DNA of 64,000 nt from an uncultured archaeon. GTDB lineage: Archaea; Thermoplasmatota; Thermoplasmata; Thermoplasmatales; Thermoplasmataceae. How positions within the stretch are numbered: the first letter of the stretch is position 1; every line of letters starts with the position of its first letter. The position numbers and the translations under genes are program-made. Where the stretch lies: contig CP009479.1 of the NCBI GenBank assembly GCA_000965745.1, positions 1,920,001 through 1,984,000 on the forward strand. Reading direction: 5' to 3'. This document shows, one piece after another, positions 30,641 to 39,446 of this stretch. The notes beneath the pieces were generated by a model. The model searched no databases. It was given only the letters and a program-made list of their open reading frames with translations, and was not told where the DNA came from.

Positions 30641-31780
30641 CTACCTTACAAAGGGCTCCGGCATGGATTTGATAACATTATAGACTTCAAGCCTCATCAC
30701 TTCAGGAGGAGGAAGCTGTTCGGAACTTATGATCTCCCTCAGCTTTGTCCCGCTGAACCTCTCCTGGTATGAAGAGGGATGTGCACACTCCCTGTCTGTT
30801 ACAAGCTGCTCGCATTTTCTGCAGTAGAACGTCTCCTCGAAAGGCACTATGCTTATACCGAGGTCATTGAAATTTCTGAGATTTTCCTGCGCCTCATAGG
30901 GTCCGTAAAAAGATCCCACGCCGGCATGGTCCCTGCCAACTATGAAGTGGCTGCATCCAAAGTTCTTCCTCATTATTGCATGCATAACAGCTTCCCTCGG
31001 GCCTGCATACATCATCTCATAATGCAGTGGAGTTAGCAGTACCTTGTTGGGTGGGTAATACGATTCTACAAGGGCCGAATACGCCTTCATTATGGCCTCG
31101 TCCGTATAGTCGCCTTTCTTCTTTCTCCCGATTACGGGATTGATGAACAGGCCGTCCGTTGACCTGAGTGAGAGCCGCTGAATCTGTTCATGACCCCTGT
31201 GTGGCACATTTCTTGTCTGGAATGCCGATACAGTTGTCCACCCTCTTTCCGAAAATATCTTCCTGGTTTCCTTGGGAAATAATGTATCGGAAATAAACGG
31301 CACCGCAACGTTTCCGGCAGCCGTTATTTTTCCTGCCACAGCGACATTTCCTGCCTCCTGCACTTTTGCGACGCCGGGATGGTCTGCTGAATTTGTTCCA
31401 AAAACGCTCTCTGAATGCTTCTTCTTGTCGTACCTGTAGAGCTGGGATACTTCGATTTCAGCGATAGGATTCCCGCCGTATGAAAGGACTGCCGTATCTC
31501 CCTCCCTGACCTTCCCGGACGAATCCTCGCCGATGCCCATCATTATGGGAATACTCCATGGAGTTCCGTTTTCAAGCCTCTGTTCATTGAGAATGCTATG
31601 ATAATCGTTCTCTTCAACAAAGCCTGTTATGGGACTCAGGATCCCGTTCTTGATATCCATCACGGTTACTGCGGTTTCATAGCTTACTTCTATGAAGCCT
31701 TTATAATCGGAGCGGTCCAGGCTGTCCGGAGACATGTCCCTTATTTCAACGAGTTTTCCTCCGTGTGGCATTGGAAGCAT
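30641..31780 (-). CDS. sat: Sulfate adenylyltransferase (ATP sulfurylase)
   Basis: PHGGKL, QTRNVPHRGHE, YAGPREA, GRDHAGVG, SGTKLR. Confidence 0.96.
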   Translation of the reverse strand: MLPMPHGGKLVEIRDMSPDSLDRSDYKGFIEVSYETAVTVMDIKNGILSPITGFVEENDYHSILNEQRLENGTPWSIPIMMGIGEDSSGKVREGDTAVLSYGGNPIAEIEVSQLYRYDKKKHSESVFGTNSADHPGVAKVQEAGNVAVAGKITAAGNVAVPFISDTLFPKETRKIFSERGWTTVSAFQTRNVPHRGHEQIQRLSLRSTDGLFINPVIGRKKKGDYTDEAIMKAYSALVESYYPPNKVLLTPLHYEMMYAGPREAVMHAIMRKNFGCSHFIVGRDHAGVGSFYGPYEAQENLRNFNDLGISIVPFEETFYCRKCEQLVTDRECAHPSSYQERFSGTKLREIISSEQLPPPEVMRLEVYNVIKSMPEPFVR

Positions 31781-32553
31781 CAGTTTCCACCCCCGTTGCT
31801 TCCGCTTTCATGATTATTGGCCCTGAATTCGGGAGCAGCGCCCCATGAGGAGCTGTCCTTGACGTGCAGCCCGCATTCCTTGACGTCTGTCTCCCACCAC
31901 CATCTCCCGGCGCGTTCGCCTTCCCCTGGCTTGACTGCCCTGGTGCATGGGGCACACCCGATGCTTGGGTATCCTTGATCATGGAGGCTGTTGTACGGGA
32001 CATTATTCTTCCTGATGTAATTCCAGACCTCATCGGACGTTAACTTCAATATGGGGTTCACTTTCACCAGGTTACGCCGGGAATCCAATTCAAGAACCTC
32101 TGCATCCTGCCTGAAGCTGGTCTGGTCTGCCCTGAGGCCGGTTACCCATGCTTTCTTCCCTTTCAGCAACCTGTTCAGGGGTTCCACTTTCCTTATTCCG
32201 CAGCATAGTTTCCTGTTCTCCACAGATTTGTAGAAGAGGTTCATCCCTTTGTTCCGGACCATTTCCTCGACCTTCCCAAATTCCGGGAAGTATGACCTTA
32301 TAACTACTCCGTAATTGGACGCCACTCTGTCCATGAGTTCGTAGGTCTCCTCTGGCAGCCTTCCGGTATCAATTGTAGCTATGGGAATCCGGACATCCTT
32401 CTTCGCCATCATGTCTATAACAACCATATCTTCAGCGCCGAAGCTTGAAGTAAATACTGCATCTTCCCCGAAACTATTCCAGGTCCACTCGAGTATCTCC
32501 TCTGGCGTCAGAGCCTCGATCTCTGGATAGTTCTCTTTCAGTGACATATGCAT
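31780..32553 (-). CDS. cysH: APS/PAPS reductase; CC and CxxC indicate the [4Fe-4S] APS-reductase type
   Basis: SSFG, DTG, LCCGIRKVEPL, YPSIGCAPCT, ECGLH. Confidence 0.93.
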   Translation of the reverse strand: MHMSLKENYPEIEALTPEEILEWTWNSFGEDAVFTSSFGAEDMVVIDMMAKKDVRIPIATIDTGRLPEETYELMDRVASNYGVVIRSYFPEFGKVEEMVRNKGMNLFYKSVENRKLCCGIRKVEPLNRLLKGKKAWVTGLRADQTSFRQDAEVLELDSRRNLVKVNPILKLTSDEVWNYIRKNNVPYNSLHDQGYPSIGCAPCTRAVKPGEGERAGRWWWETDVKECGLHVKDSSSWGAAPEFRANNHESGSNGGGN

Positions 32554-32584
32554 TACAATTCCCGTGGAGCATATTAGCGCTTGT

Positions 32585-32613
32585 TTGTGGGAAGTTTAAG
32601 TGAGTTGTGGGAA
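32585..32613. promoter_or_regulatory. Tandem TTGTGGGAA direct repeat (20-bp period) in the cysH/comA divergent promoter; candidate operator
   Basis: TTGTGGGAA at 32585-32593 and 32605-32613; TATTTAA box at about 32634. Confidence 0.5.
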
Positions 32614-32664
32614 CTAAATGCGCATATGTCAACTATTTAAGCACCCTCTCATTAATCAGGGTGA

Positions 32665-33654
32665 ATGATTTCAAACAGATTCCTTGGTGACCTAATCCCG
32701 TTGGAAAATGACAGGAAGGGGCTGGGAAATACAATGGTTCTTGACAGGCTGGCACCCATAGACTGGGAAATCCTTCCCGACCTTGCATCCTTTATCAGTG
32801 TTGTGAAGATAGGCTGGACACTGCCCCTGCTTCTCAAGAGAAGCACGCTGGTTGACAGAATCAGCAGATACAGGAAATCCGGGGTATCAGTATCACCTGG
32901 AGGAACACTTCTTGAGATGGCAGTCAACAAGGGAAGGGCGGACAAGGCTCTCGAATCAATCAGGGATGCCGGTTTTGACACTGTTGAGCTGAGTGAAGGA
33001 GTCATTGATGTGCCTCCCTATATAAAGAAGGGAATAGTTGATTTTGCCCATTCAAACGGAATGAGGCTGAACATAGAGGTGGGGAAGAAGAATCCGAGAA
33101 ATCAGCTGAGCCTCGATGAAACTATACAGAGGGTTTCTGAGTCCCTGGATTTTGGCCCTGATTTTGTAATCATAGAAGGGAGGGAGGCGGGACGGAGTGT
33201 TGAGATTTTTGACGACCTCGGTGACATCAAATGGGACTGGGTAAACAGGATAATCGAGGAGTATCCCCGGAACAGGATAATGTTTGAGGCACCGATTGAG
33301 AAACAGCAGATCGAGCTGGTGATAAGGCTTGGATCATCTGTAAACCTGGGAAACGTATCATTCAACAGTGTTGCTGCACTTGAGACACAAAGGCGCGGCC
33401 TTCGTGGTGACACTTTTGGAGTTGTTGACAACACAGTGAAAGTCTCGGGTCCACCCTCAAACAAGTTCGTCTATTACATAGTCGCAAACCATGGCCCGAT
33501 TGATCAGGCCTCCATGATGGATCTGACCGGGATGAACAGGAAAACTGTGCAGAATGCCTTGACTGAACTGCTAGAGAATGGCCTGATAAAGGCAGCCACT
33601 GACAGGAAGGACCTGAGGAAGCGTGTTTATTCCATAAATTCCGGCCTGCAGTGA
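32665..33654 (+). CDS. comA: (2R)-phospho-3-sulfolactate synthase with C-terminal winged-HTH domain
   Basis: PGGTLLE, EVGKK, IIEGREAG, FEAP, VNLGNV, LETQRRGLRGDTF; C-terminal KFVYYIV..HGPIDQ..LTGMNRKTVQNALTELLENGLI..DLRKRVY. Confidence 0.9.
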   Translation: MISNRFLGDLIPLENDRKGLGNTMVLDRLAPIDWEILPDLASFISVVKIGWTLPLLLKRSTLVDRISRYRKSGVSVSPGGTLLEMAVNKGRADKALESIRDAGFDTVELSEGVIDVPPYIKKGIVDFAHSNGMRLNIEVGKKNPRNQLSLDETIQRVSESLDFGPDFVIIEGREAGRSVEIFDDLGDIKWDWVNRIIEEYPRNRIMFEAPIEKQQIELVIRLGSSVNLGNVSFNSVAALETQRRGLRGDTFGVVDNTVKVSGPPSNKFVYYIVANHGPIDQASMMDLTGMNRKTVQNALTELLENGLIKAATDRKDLRKRVYSINSGLQ

Positions 33655-33928
33655 GGAAATGCCCCAACTGTTTTGTAGCGATCGCTCACAATTACTGATC
33701 CGGGCACTCCTGTGCCACACATAGGGGTCCGGTTGAAGTATAGTTCGTAAACCAGATGAGTTACGTGAAGTTCCTTCTAAGAACATGGGGGCTGCAGCCA
33801 CGGCCGCTGCAAGAAGGAAACTTTCAGCAAGTGCTCCACTGCCGGGTTCACCATCGGACGCAATTTATGTTATCAATGACACACTGTTATGCTCGCCAGT
33901 ACATCCCTGACCGGTATCTTTCACGATA

Positions 33929-34534
33929 TTATGAAACTACAAATGTGCCATACATCCATCCGGGAGTCTCCATGGAAAACGGCCCGCATTCACACATACA
34001 TCCCCATGAGTATACACCTGGTTGGGTGAAAGTTACATTAGTCATGACAGCAGAATCTGGCGGTATTGGAATATTCAGGCCATTGCTGGTAGTGAAGGTG
34101 TGGGAGATATTGGAAGGCGCGATGAAGGAAACACCTCTTGCAGAAGGCAGGAACACTTCAGAATCACTGATTGGGAAACTGGAATTTGTATACTGCTTTA
34201 CGTTCATTATGCCGGTATCTGACCCGGAAAGGTTTGCATCAGAGGATTTAAGCAATTTGTCGATACCAGGGTCCTGGTTGAACACCGTTATCCTTACGGA
34301 GACATTGGAGGGGACGTTTATTGCCGCTGAAGACTGGTCCACACCCCCAACAAGGACGTAGAAAGCATAATCCGTGACGTTGTCCTGTGTCCGCAGGGCA
34401 ATTCCAAGATTGAGCTGGAAGGATGAAGTCTGTTTCACAGGGTGTGGCAATTGAGGCACATAGGGCGATATGGATATGAAAAGAGAGAGGATGATGAAAA
34501 ACAATGCCACAGCCATCAGCTTCTGATTGCCCAT
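33929..34534 (-). CDS. Membrane-anchored cupredoxin-like protein
   Basis: N-terminal TM, SHTFT, FTQPGVYSWGCMCECG..M..PGWMYGTFVV. Confidence 0.65.
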   Translation of the reverse strand: MGNQKLMAVALFFIILSLFISISPYVPQLPHPVKQTSSFQLNLGIALRTQDNVTDYAFYVLVGGVDQSSAAINVPSNVSVRITVFNQDPGIDKLLKSSDANLSGSDTGIMNVKQYTNSSFPISDSEVFLPSARGVSFIAPSNISHTFTTSNGLNIPIPPDSAVMTNVTFTQPGVYSWGCMCECGPFSMETPGWMYGTFVVS

Positions 34535-34638
34535 CTTACCCGTATATTAACACTGCGTAGAAAATTAACACATGCTGTTATATGTAAGTGATTTTCGGTA
34601 ATATGCGCTGTGAATGCCGCAATATTACCGGCCAGAAA

Positions 34639-36021
34639 TTAATGGCTAACTAGCTCTGAGCTCTCCCTGCTTATCTCTTCTAGTGTTTTTCCTTTCGTTT
34701 CCGGGATGATGAAGTACATGATTACACTTGACGCGATTGCTATTCCGGCATATACCAATACCATGTACCCAAGCCCGAGAGCCTTGAGAAACAGCGGAAA
34801 AGATGTGATAGCAAGACCTACCGCTATTTTGTCGATTGAAACGTTTATTGCCTGGCCGCTGGCCCTTACTTTAGTAGGAATCAATTCTGGAACTATTATC
34901 GTGCCTCCAATGATTGTTGCGGGTCCAGATGCAGCAAAGAAGTAGTTGAAGAGATAGAATGTGAATCCAAGGGTTGCTGCAAAACCTGTGAGGCCACCGA
35001 GTATTACCGAGCTCTGTGGAATTCCGAAGATGCCGGGGTTTATCTGAAGAAGGGAGAACAGGACAAGTGATACGAAAACTCCCGCATATCCAAGAACAAC
35101 CAGTTTCTTCCTTCCAACCCTGTCGATCAGGAATATTGAGACTATTGTCCCTGGAATTCCTGCCAGGAAGACTGCCGCGTATGTGAAACCAACAGGCGTT
35201 AAACCAAGATTGGCTGCTATCGTAATGGGCCCATAGATTGTGAATGTGCTGGAATAGGTATCATAAAGAATCCACAATATTGCACCTGCCAGGATCAGGG
35301 GCATGGAAGTACCGAGACGCCTCAGGTAGCCTACGTTATCTTTGGGTGCCCTTTCGCCAGCCCCTTTTTTGAAAACAGGATCAGCTGGCTCTACAGATTC
35401 CCCCTTAACCCTTGCAGTGAATCTGTATGTTTCTGGAATCTTTCTTCTGTAATATATGACAAAGAGGGAGGGTACTGCTCCAAATGCCAGAACTATCTTC
35501 CAGGCGAGTTCGGGGGCCACGAAAGCTGAAGTAACCTGTACAACCAGTGCCGCCAGCGTCGCACCCAGTGAGAACATTATGGAAAAGGAAACCGCCATTA
35601 GCTTGCCCCTGTCCTTCATGTTTGAGTTCTCTGCCATTATCACTGGGGACATGACGTAATCGCCGCCTATTCCAAATCCGAGAACCAGCCTGGCTACAAA
35701 AAGGAGGGTGAAGTTTGAAACAAAGAGCTGTGAAATAGCGCCTATGAATATCAGCAGAAGATCTATACCATACATTGGCTTCCTTCCGATCTTGTCTGCC
35801 ACAAGGCCGAAAAGCATTGCACCTGCAGCAGCGCCATAAAACGAGGAGGCCGTCAATACCGAAGACTCAATCGTTGAAAGGTGAAGATACATAACGACCG
35901 GAAAAAACACCAGGGAAATCGCGTAAAGGTTGTATGAATCGGAGAACACTCCCATTCCGCTGACTATTACATTTCTTATGTGGAACGGTTTCAATCTGCT
36001 TTTATCGAGTTCGTTGAACAC
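34639..36021 (-). CDS. MFS transporter (sugar/phosphate:H+ symporter type)
   Basis: DKIGRK, GIGGDY, RGKL, DRVGRK, PETKGKTLEE. Confidence 0.92.
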   Translation of the reverse strand: MFNELDKSRLKPFHIRNVIVSGMGVFSDSYNLYAISLVFFPVVMYLHLSTIESSVLTASSFYGAAAGAMLFGLVADKIGRKPMYGIDLLLIFIGAISQLFVSNFTLLFVARLVLGFGIGGDYVMSPVIMAENSNMKDRGKLMAVSFSIMFSLGATLAALVVQVTSAFVAPELAWKIVLAFGAVPSLFVIYYRRKIPETYRFTARVKGESVEPADPVFKKGAGERAPKDNVGYLRRLGTSMPLILAGAILWILYDTYSSTFTIYGPITIAANLGLTPVGFTYAAVFLAGIPGTIVSIFLIDRVGRKKLVVLGYAGVFVSLVLFSLLQINPGIFGIPQSSVILGGLTGFAATLGFTFYLFNYFFAASGPATIIGGTIIVPELIPTKVRASGQAINVSIDKIAVGLAITSFPLFLKALGLGYMVLVYAGIAIASSVIMYFIIPETKGKTLEEISRESSELVSH

Positions 36022-36100
36022 AATTCAAGTATTGCGGGTGGGTATAAAAAAGTTGAGTAGTTACTCAAAAAATAGTAATAGTTTCACAGATTCCAGGCAC

Positions 36101-36988
36101 TTAACGCGGCCTATTCTCCCTTGAAAGCAGTTCTGACCATCGTCTTTCCACGGCCTCCTGAATCATGGAAGTCTCGGTGCTGTTGAGGTGCCTGAATCTA
36201 TTCTGCTTTCTTAAATATTCCCAGACCTGGAGCTGTTCCGAAGGCCTTGTCAGTTTGAACATCCCGTTCCTGTATTCATAGAGCGGAAATATTCTGGTTT
36301 TCACAGCCAGCCTGGACATTTCCACCGTTTCATCAGGTGAGAAGTACCACCCGGTGGGACAGGGGGTGAGTATCTGAATGAATTTTGGCCCCTCTGTCTC
36401 CTTCGCATTCCTGACTTTTCTGATGAGGTCCTCAGGGTATGCTATCGTCGCAGTTGCAACGTAAGGAACACCCTGGGCAATCATGAGGTCAGCAACCATT
36501 TTCTTTTCCTGTTTCTTGAAGTTTCTCCTCTTCCCGAGAGGAGTTGTGGTTGTGGTTGCACCGAACGGCGTGCTCCCTGACCTCTGTACACCGGTGTTCA
36601 TGTAAGCTTCATTGTCATACATGATGTAGAATACATTGTGGCCCCTTTCCATTGCGCCACTCAGGGACTGGAGTCCAATATCCGCAGTCCCTCCATCCCC
36701 TGCAAAGCCTACAACACTGTAATCCTCTTTCCCCTGCAGGTCAAGAGATTCCCTGATGCCTGTAATTGATGCACCTGTCGACGCGAATGGTGTGTATATC
36801 ATTGGAACATCGAGGCTCCTGTAAGGCATTGCACCAGGTATCACGGCCCAGCATGATGCAGGCACCGAAACTACTGTCTTCTCTCCCAGGCCCTTAAGAA
36901 GGTATCTCATCGCAAGAGTTGCCCCGCACCCATGGCAGGCGGTGTGGCCGGGTTCCATGAGTTCTTCCCTGGGTAACGAGAATGGCAT
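36101..36988 (-). CDS. porB: Pyruvate/ketoisovalerate:ferredoxin oxidoreductase beta subunit
   Basis: GHTACHGCG, GDGGTADIG, DNEAYMNTG, PCPTGW. Confidence 0.9.
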   Translation of the reverse strand: MPFSLPREELMEPGHTACHGCGATLAMRYLLKGLGEKTVVSVPASCWAVIPGAMPYRSLDVPMIYTPFASTGASITGIRESLDLQGKEDYSVVGFAGDGGTADIGLQSLSGAMERGHNVFYIMYDNEAYMNTGVQRSGSTPFGATTTTTPLGKRRNFKKQEKKMVADLMIAQGVPYVATATIAYPEDLIRKVRNAKETEGPKFIQILTPCPTGWYFSPDETVEMSRLAVKTRIFPLYEYRNGMFKLTRPSEQLQVWEYLRKQNRFRHLNSTETSMIQEAVERRWSELLSRENRPR

Positions 36989-38167
36989 TTATTCACCTCC
37001 TTTTGTGTTTATCCAGCGTATCCCTTCACTGCCTTCTTCAACCATTTCGTACATCTTTCTGAATTCCTCCACCCTGACATCCCTGCCGCCGAGGCCTGCT
37101 ACGAATCCTGTTAGTGGGACATCTGCCTTTCTGTACAGGGATGCAGACACTTCGGAGTAGAGAGACCCCCCATCCGAGAAAGCAAGTGATCTGTCTATTA
37201 CGCCGGCTCCCTTCAGGCCCTTCAGTGAGCTGACGATTTCTTCTGACGGGAAAGGCCTGAAAAATTTGACCCGGACAAGGCCAACCTTTTTGCCTTCATT
37301 TCTTAGGAGGTTGACCACATGCTTTGCAGTGGAGGCAAGAGTTCCGGTTGCCACCAGTGCAAACTCGGCATCTTCCATCATGTAGTTGTCCGTAAGTCCG
37401 GCATAGTCACGGCCAAAACTCTCTGAAAAGTCCCTGTATGTCTTCTCGATGACAGCCCTGGCTTTGTTCATTGAGTCTGCCATGTCCTTCTTGAGTTCCA
37501 TGAATGGCCCATCCGGAGTGGAATAGGAGCCATAGCCCATGGGGTTCTTGAAATCCACCGTGAAGTCCAGGTCAAATTCAGGGAGGAAATCCCTTACCTG
37601 CGAAATATCCGGGACAGTCACAGGCTCTGATGTATGGGAAAGTATGAAGGCATCTTCCATGCTCATCAGTGGGAGTTTGACACTCCTGTCCTCCGCTATC
37701 CTGTACCCCATTATGATTGTATCAAGAACTTCCTGGTTTGACTCGCAGTAAACCTGCAACCACCCCGTGTCCTTCTGGTTCATGCTGTCTGTCTGGTCTG
37801 CCCATATATTCCATGGCGGGCCTATAGCCCTGTTAACCACACTGACAACTATGGGAAGCCTCATTCCGGCAGTCCAGTGAAGCATTTCATGCATGTAAAG
37901 CAGCCCGTGGGAACTTGTTGCCGTGTACGAACGCACCCCCGTGAGTTCGCTGGAAAAGACTGCAGTCATTGCGCTGTGCTCGCTCTCCACCTCAACATAC
38001 CTGGCATCAAGCTCTTCGTTGGCCACCATTTCTGCCAGTTTCTCGACGATTGTGGTCTGCGGCGTTATAGGATAGGCTGAGATAAACCTGACGTCAGAGA
38101 GTTTCACCCCAATTGCTGCCGCCTCGTTTCCCGTCACAAGCGCCTTCGTCTGTGCCATGGACTTCAT
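36989..38167 (-). CDS. porA: Pyruvate/ketoisovalerate:ferredoxin oxidoreductase alpha subunit
   Basis: GNEAAA, YPITPQT, ESEHSA, RPFP, GLGGRD. Confidence 0.9.
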   Translation of the reverse strand: MKSMAQTKALVTGNEAAAIGVKLSDVRFISAYPITPQTTIVEKLAEMVANEELDARYVEVESEHSAMTAVFSSELTGVRSYTATSSHGLLYMHEMLHWTAGMRLPIVVSVVNRAIGPPWNIWADQTDSMNQKDTGWLQVYCESNQEVLDTIIMGYRIAEDRSVKLPLMSMEDAFILSHTSEPVTVPDISQVRDFLPEFDLDFTVDFKNPMGYGSYSTPDGPFMELKKDMADSMNKARAVIEKTYRDFSESFGRDYAGLTDNYMMEDAEFALVATGTLASTAKHVVNLLRNEGKKVGLVRVKFFRPFPSEEIVSSLKGLKGAGVIDRSLAFSDGGSLYSEVSASLYRKADVPLTGFVAGLGGRDVRVEEFRKMYEMVEEGSEGIRWINTKGGE

Positions 38168-38463
38168 TGACTCAGACCTCCCTCCAGGGACATTTCAATT
38201 GAGTCTTCAGGGCATTCGTATGCGCATATTCCGCACCCCTTGCAGTGTTCAAGGTCTATCTCCGGAGCCTCGAGTTTCCCTATGCGCTCGCTGGGGGCTT
38301 CCAGAGCATTGGATTCCGATACGGTGATTGCGTTATCGGGGCAGAATTTCCAGCATATCATGCACCTGATGCATGTTGAATAATCAATCCGGGGAGTCTG
38401 AATGCGCCATGAATCTGTCCTGTTTTCCCTTGATCCCTTTTGCGTTACAGGAACTAAAACCAT
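38164..38463 (-). CDS. porD: Oxidoreductase delta subunit (2x[4Fe-4S])
   Basis: WR..P, CIRCMICWKFCP, CKGCGICAYECP. Confidence 0.9.
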   Translation of the reverse strand: MVLVPVTQKGSRENRTDSWRIQTPRIDYSTCIRCMICWKFCPDNAITVSESNALEAPSERIGKLEAPEIDLEHCKGCGICAYECPEDSIEMSLEGGLSQ

Positions 38464-38466
38464 ATG

Positions 38467-39018
38467 CTACCACCCCGCCCTGGCAGAGTCATATGCGTCA
38501 AGGACAGCTGCAGCATTCTCGTCACCATATCTTGGAGATGCAGTTCTTGTGGCTTCGACTATGCTATCTAGAGAGACGTTTTGGTCTGCTTTAGCGAACG
38601 CACCAAGTATGGCGGTGTTGACTATGGGGTTGGCCCTGCTTCCAAGATTGTGCCTTATTGCTATCGAAGTGGCGTCCACAGTCACTACCTTCCTGCCTGT
38701 TCCAAACTCCTCAGGTGGCTTGCTTGAATTGATGACCAGCAGCCCATCTTCCTTTAGCCCCTTCATAACGTCTGTGGACCCCATAACTGATGAGTCCAGT
38801 ATTACGATGGCGTCAGGGTCGTATATCTGGCTTCTGAGAAATATCCTCTTCTCATCGATCCTGGTGAAGGAAGTAACGGGGGCACCTCTTCTTTCAGTCC
38901 CGAAGAATGGAAATGATAAAACATACTTTCCTTCGTTGAAAGCTGCAAGCGCAAGAATTCTTGAGGCCGTTACAGCACCCTGCCCGCCCCTGCCATGAAA
39001 ACGAATTTCGAGCATCAA
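38467..39018 (-). CDS. porG: Oxidoreductase gamma subunit
   Basis: EIRFHGRGGQGAVT, FGTERRGAPV, NTAILGA. Confidence 0.9.
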   Translation of the reverse strand: MMLEIRFHGRGGQGAVTASRILALAAFNEGKYVLSFPFFGTERRGAPVTSFTRIDEKRIFLRSQIYDPDAIVILDSSVMGSTDVMKGLKEDGLLVINSSKPPEEFGTGRKVVTVDATSIAIRHNLGSRANPIVNTAILGAFAKADQNVSLDSIVEATRTASPRYGDENAAAVLDAYDSARAGW

Positions 39019-39175
39019 ATATCACCGTCTGAAAACAATCATCTCAATCGTATTATACTTCATGCCGTATTATGTGGGGTTGCAGACTCAATGTCATGCC
39101 CACAGAACCAGGTTTTGGGGTTACATTGGAAAATTCTTGTGATTTATATTATATGAATGTTCAAATAAATGTATA

Positions 39176-39295
39176 TTAAAACCCCTGGCAGCAGTCAGCC
39201 TCCAGGATGCATCCACAATCAGCGCAGAACGGCTGATGATGATAACTCTCGCAGTTCCGGCATTGGCACGTAGGTTCGAAACAATCAGCACACAT
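39176..39295 (-). CDS. Cys-rich microprotein (39 aa, 10 Cys; 43 aa if TTG 39307 is the start); not in ORF track
   Basis: MCADCFEPTCQCRNCESYHHQPFCADCGCILEADCCQGF; AGGTGA RBS precedes the in-frame TTG; GC-richer than its AT-rich flanks. Confidence 0.65.
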   Translation of the reverse strand: MCADCFEPTCQCRNCESYHHQPFCADCGCILEADCCQGF

Positions 39296-39446
39296 TATAT
39301 TACACAATGATCACCTGTTATTAATCTGATTTGTGACATTTCAATGCAAATTCAACTGGCAATGGTGCTGCCTTCCAGTTGCAAGTGAGAGCTTCGATCG
39401 GATACAGTGAAACAAATAAGGGGTTTACGGATCATGAAGTATTACC

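Noticed and set aside
33756-34361. 201-aa plus-strand ORF
   Set aside because: Antisense to the cupredoxin-like gene; no motifs
38402-38998. 198-aa plus-strand ORF
   Set aside because: Antisense shadow of porG
39228-39250. TGATGA box C-like motif suggesting a C/D sRNA
   Set aside because: No suitably spaced CTGA box D; explained as the antisense of the His-His codons of the Cys-rich ORF
39358-39372. GGCAATGGTGCTGCC resembling the 5' part of a fluoride riboswitch
   Set aside because: The downstream GCTRATGAC pseudoknot segment is missing and the following gene is not fluoride-related
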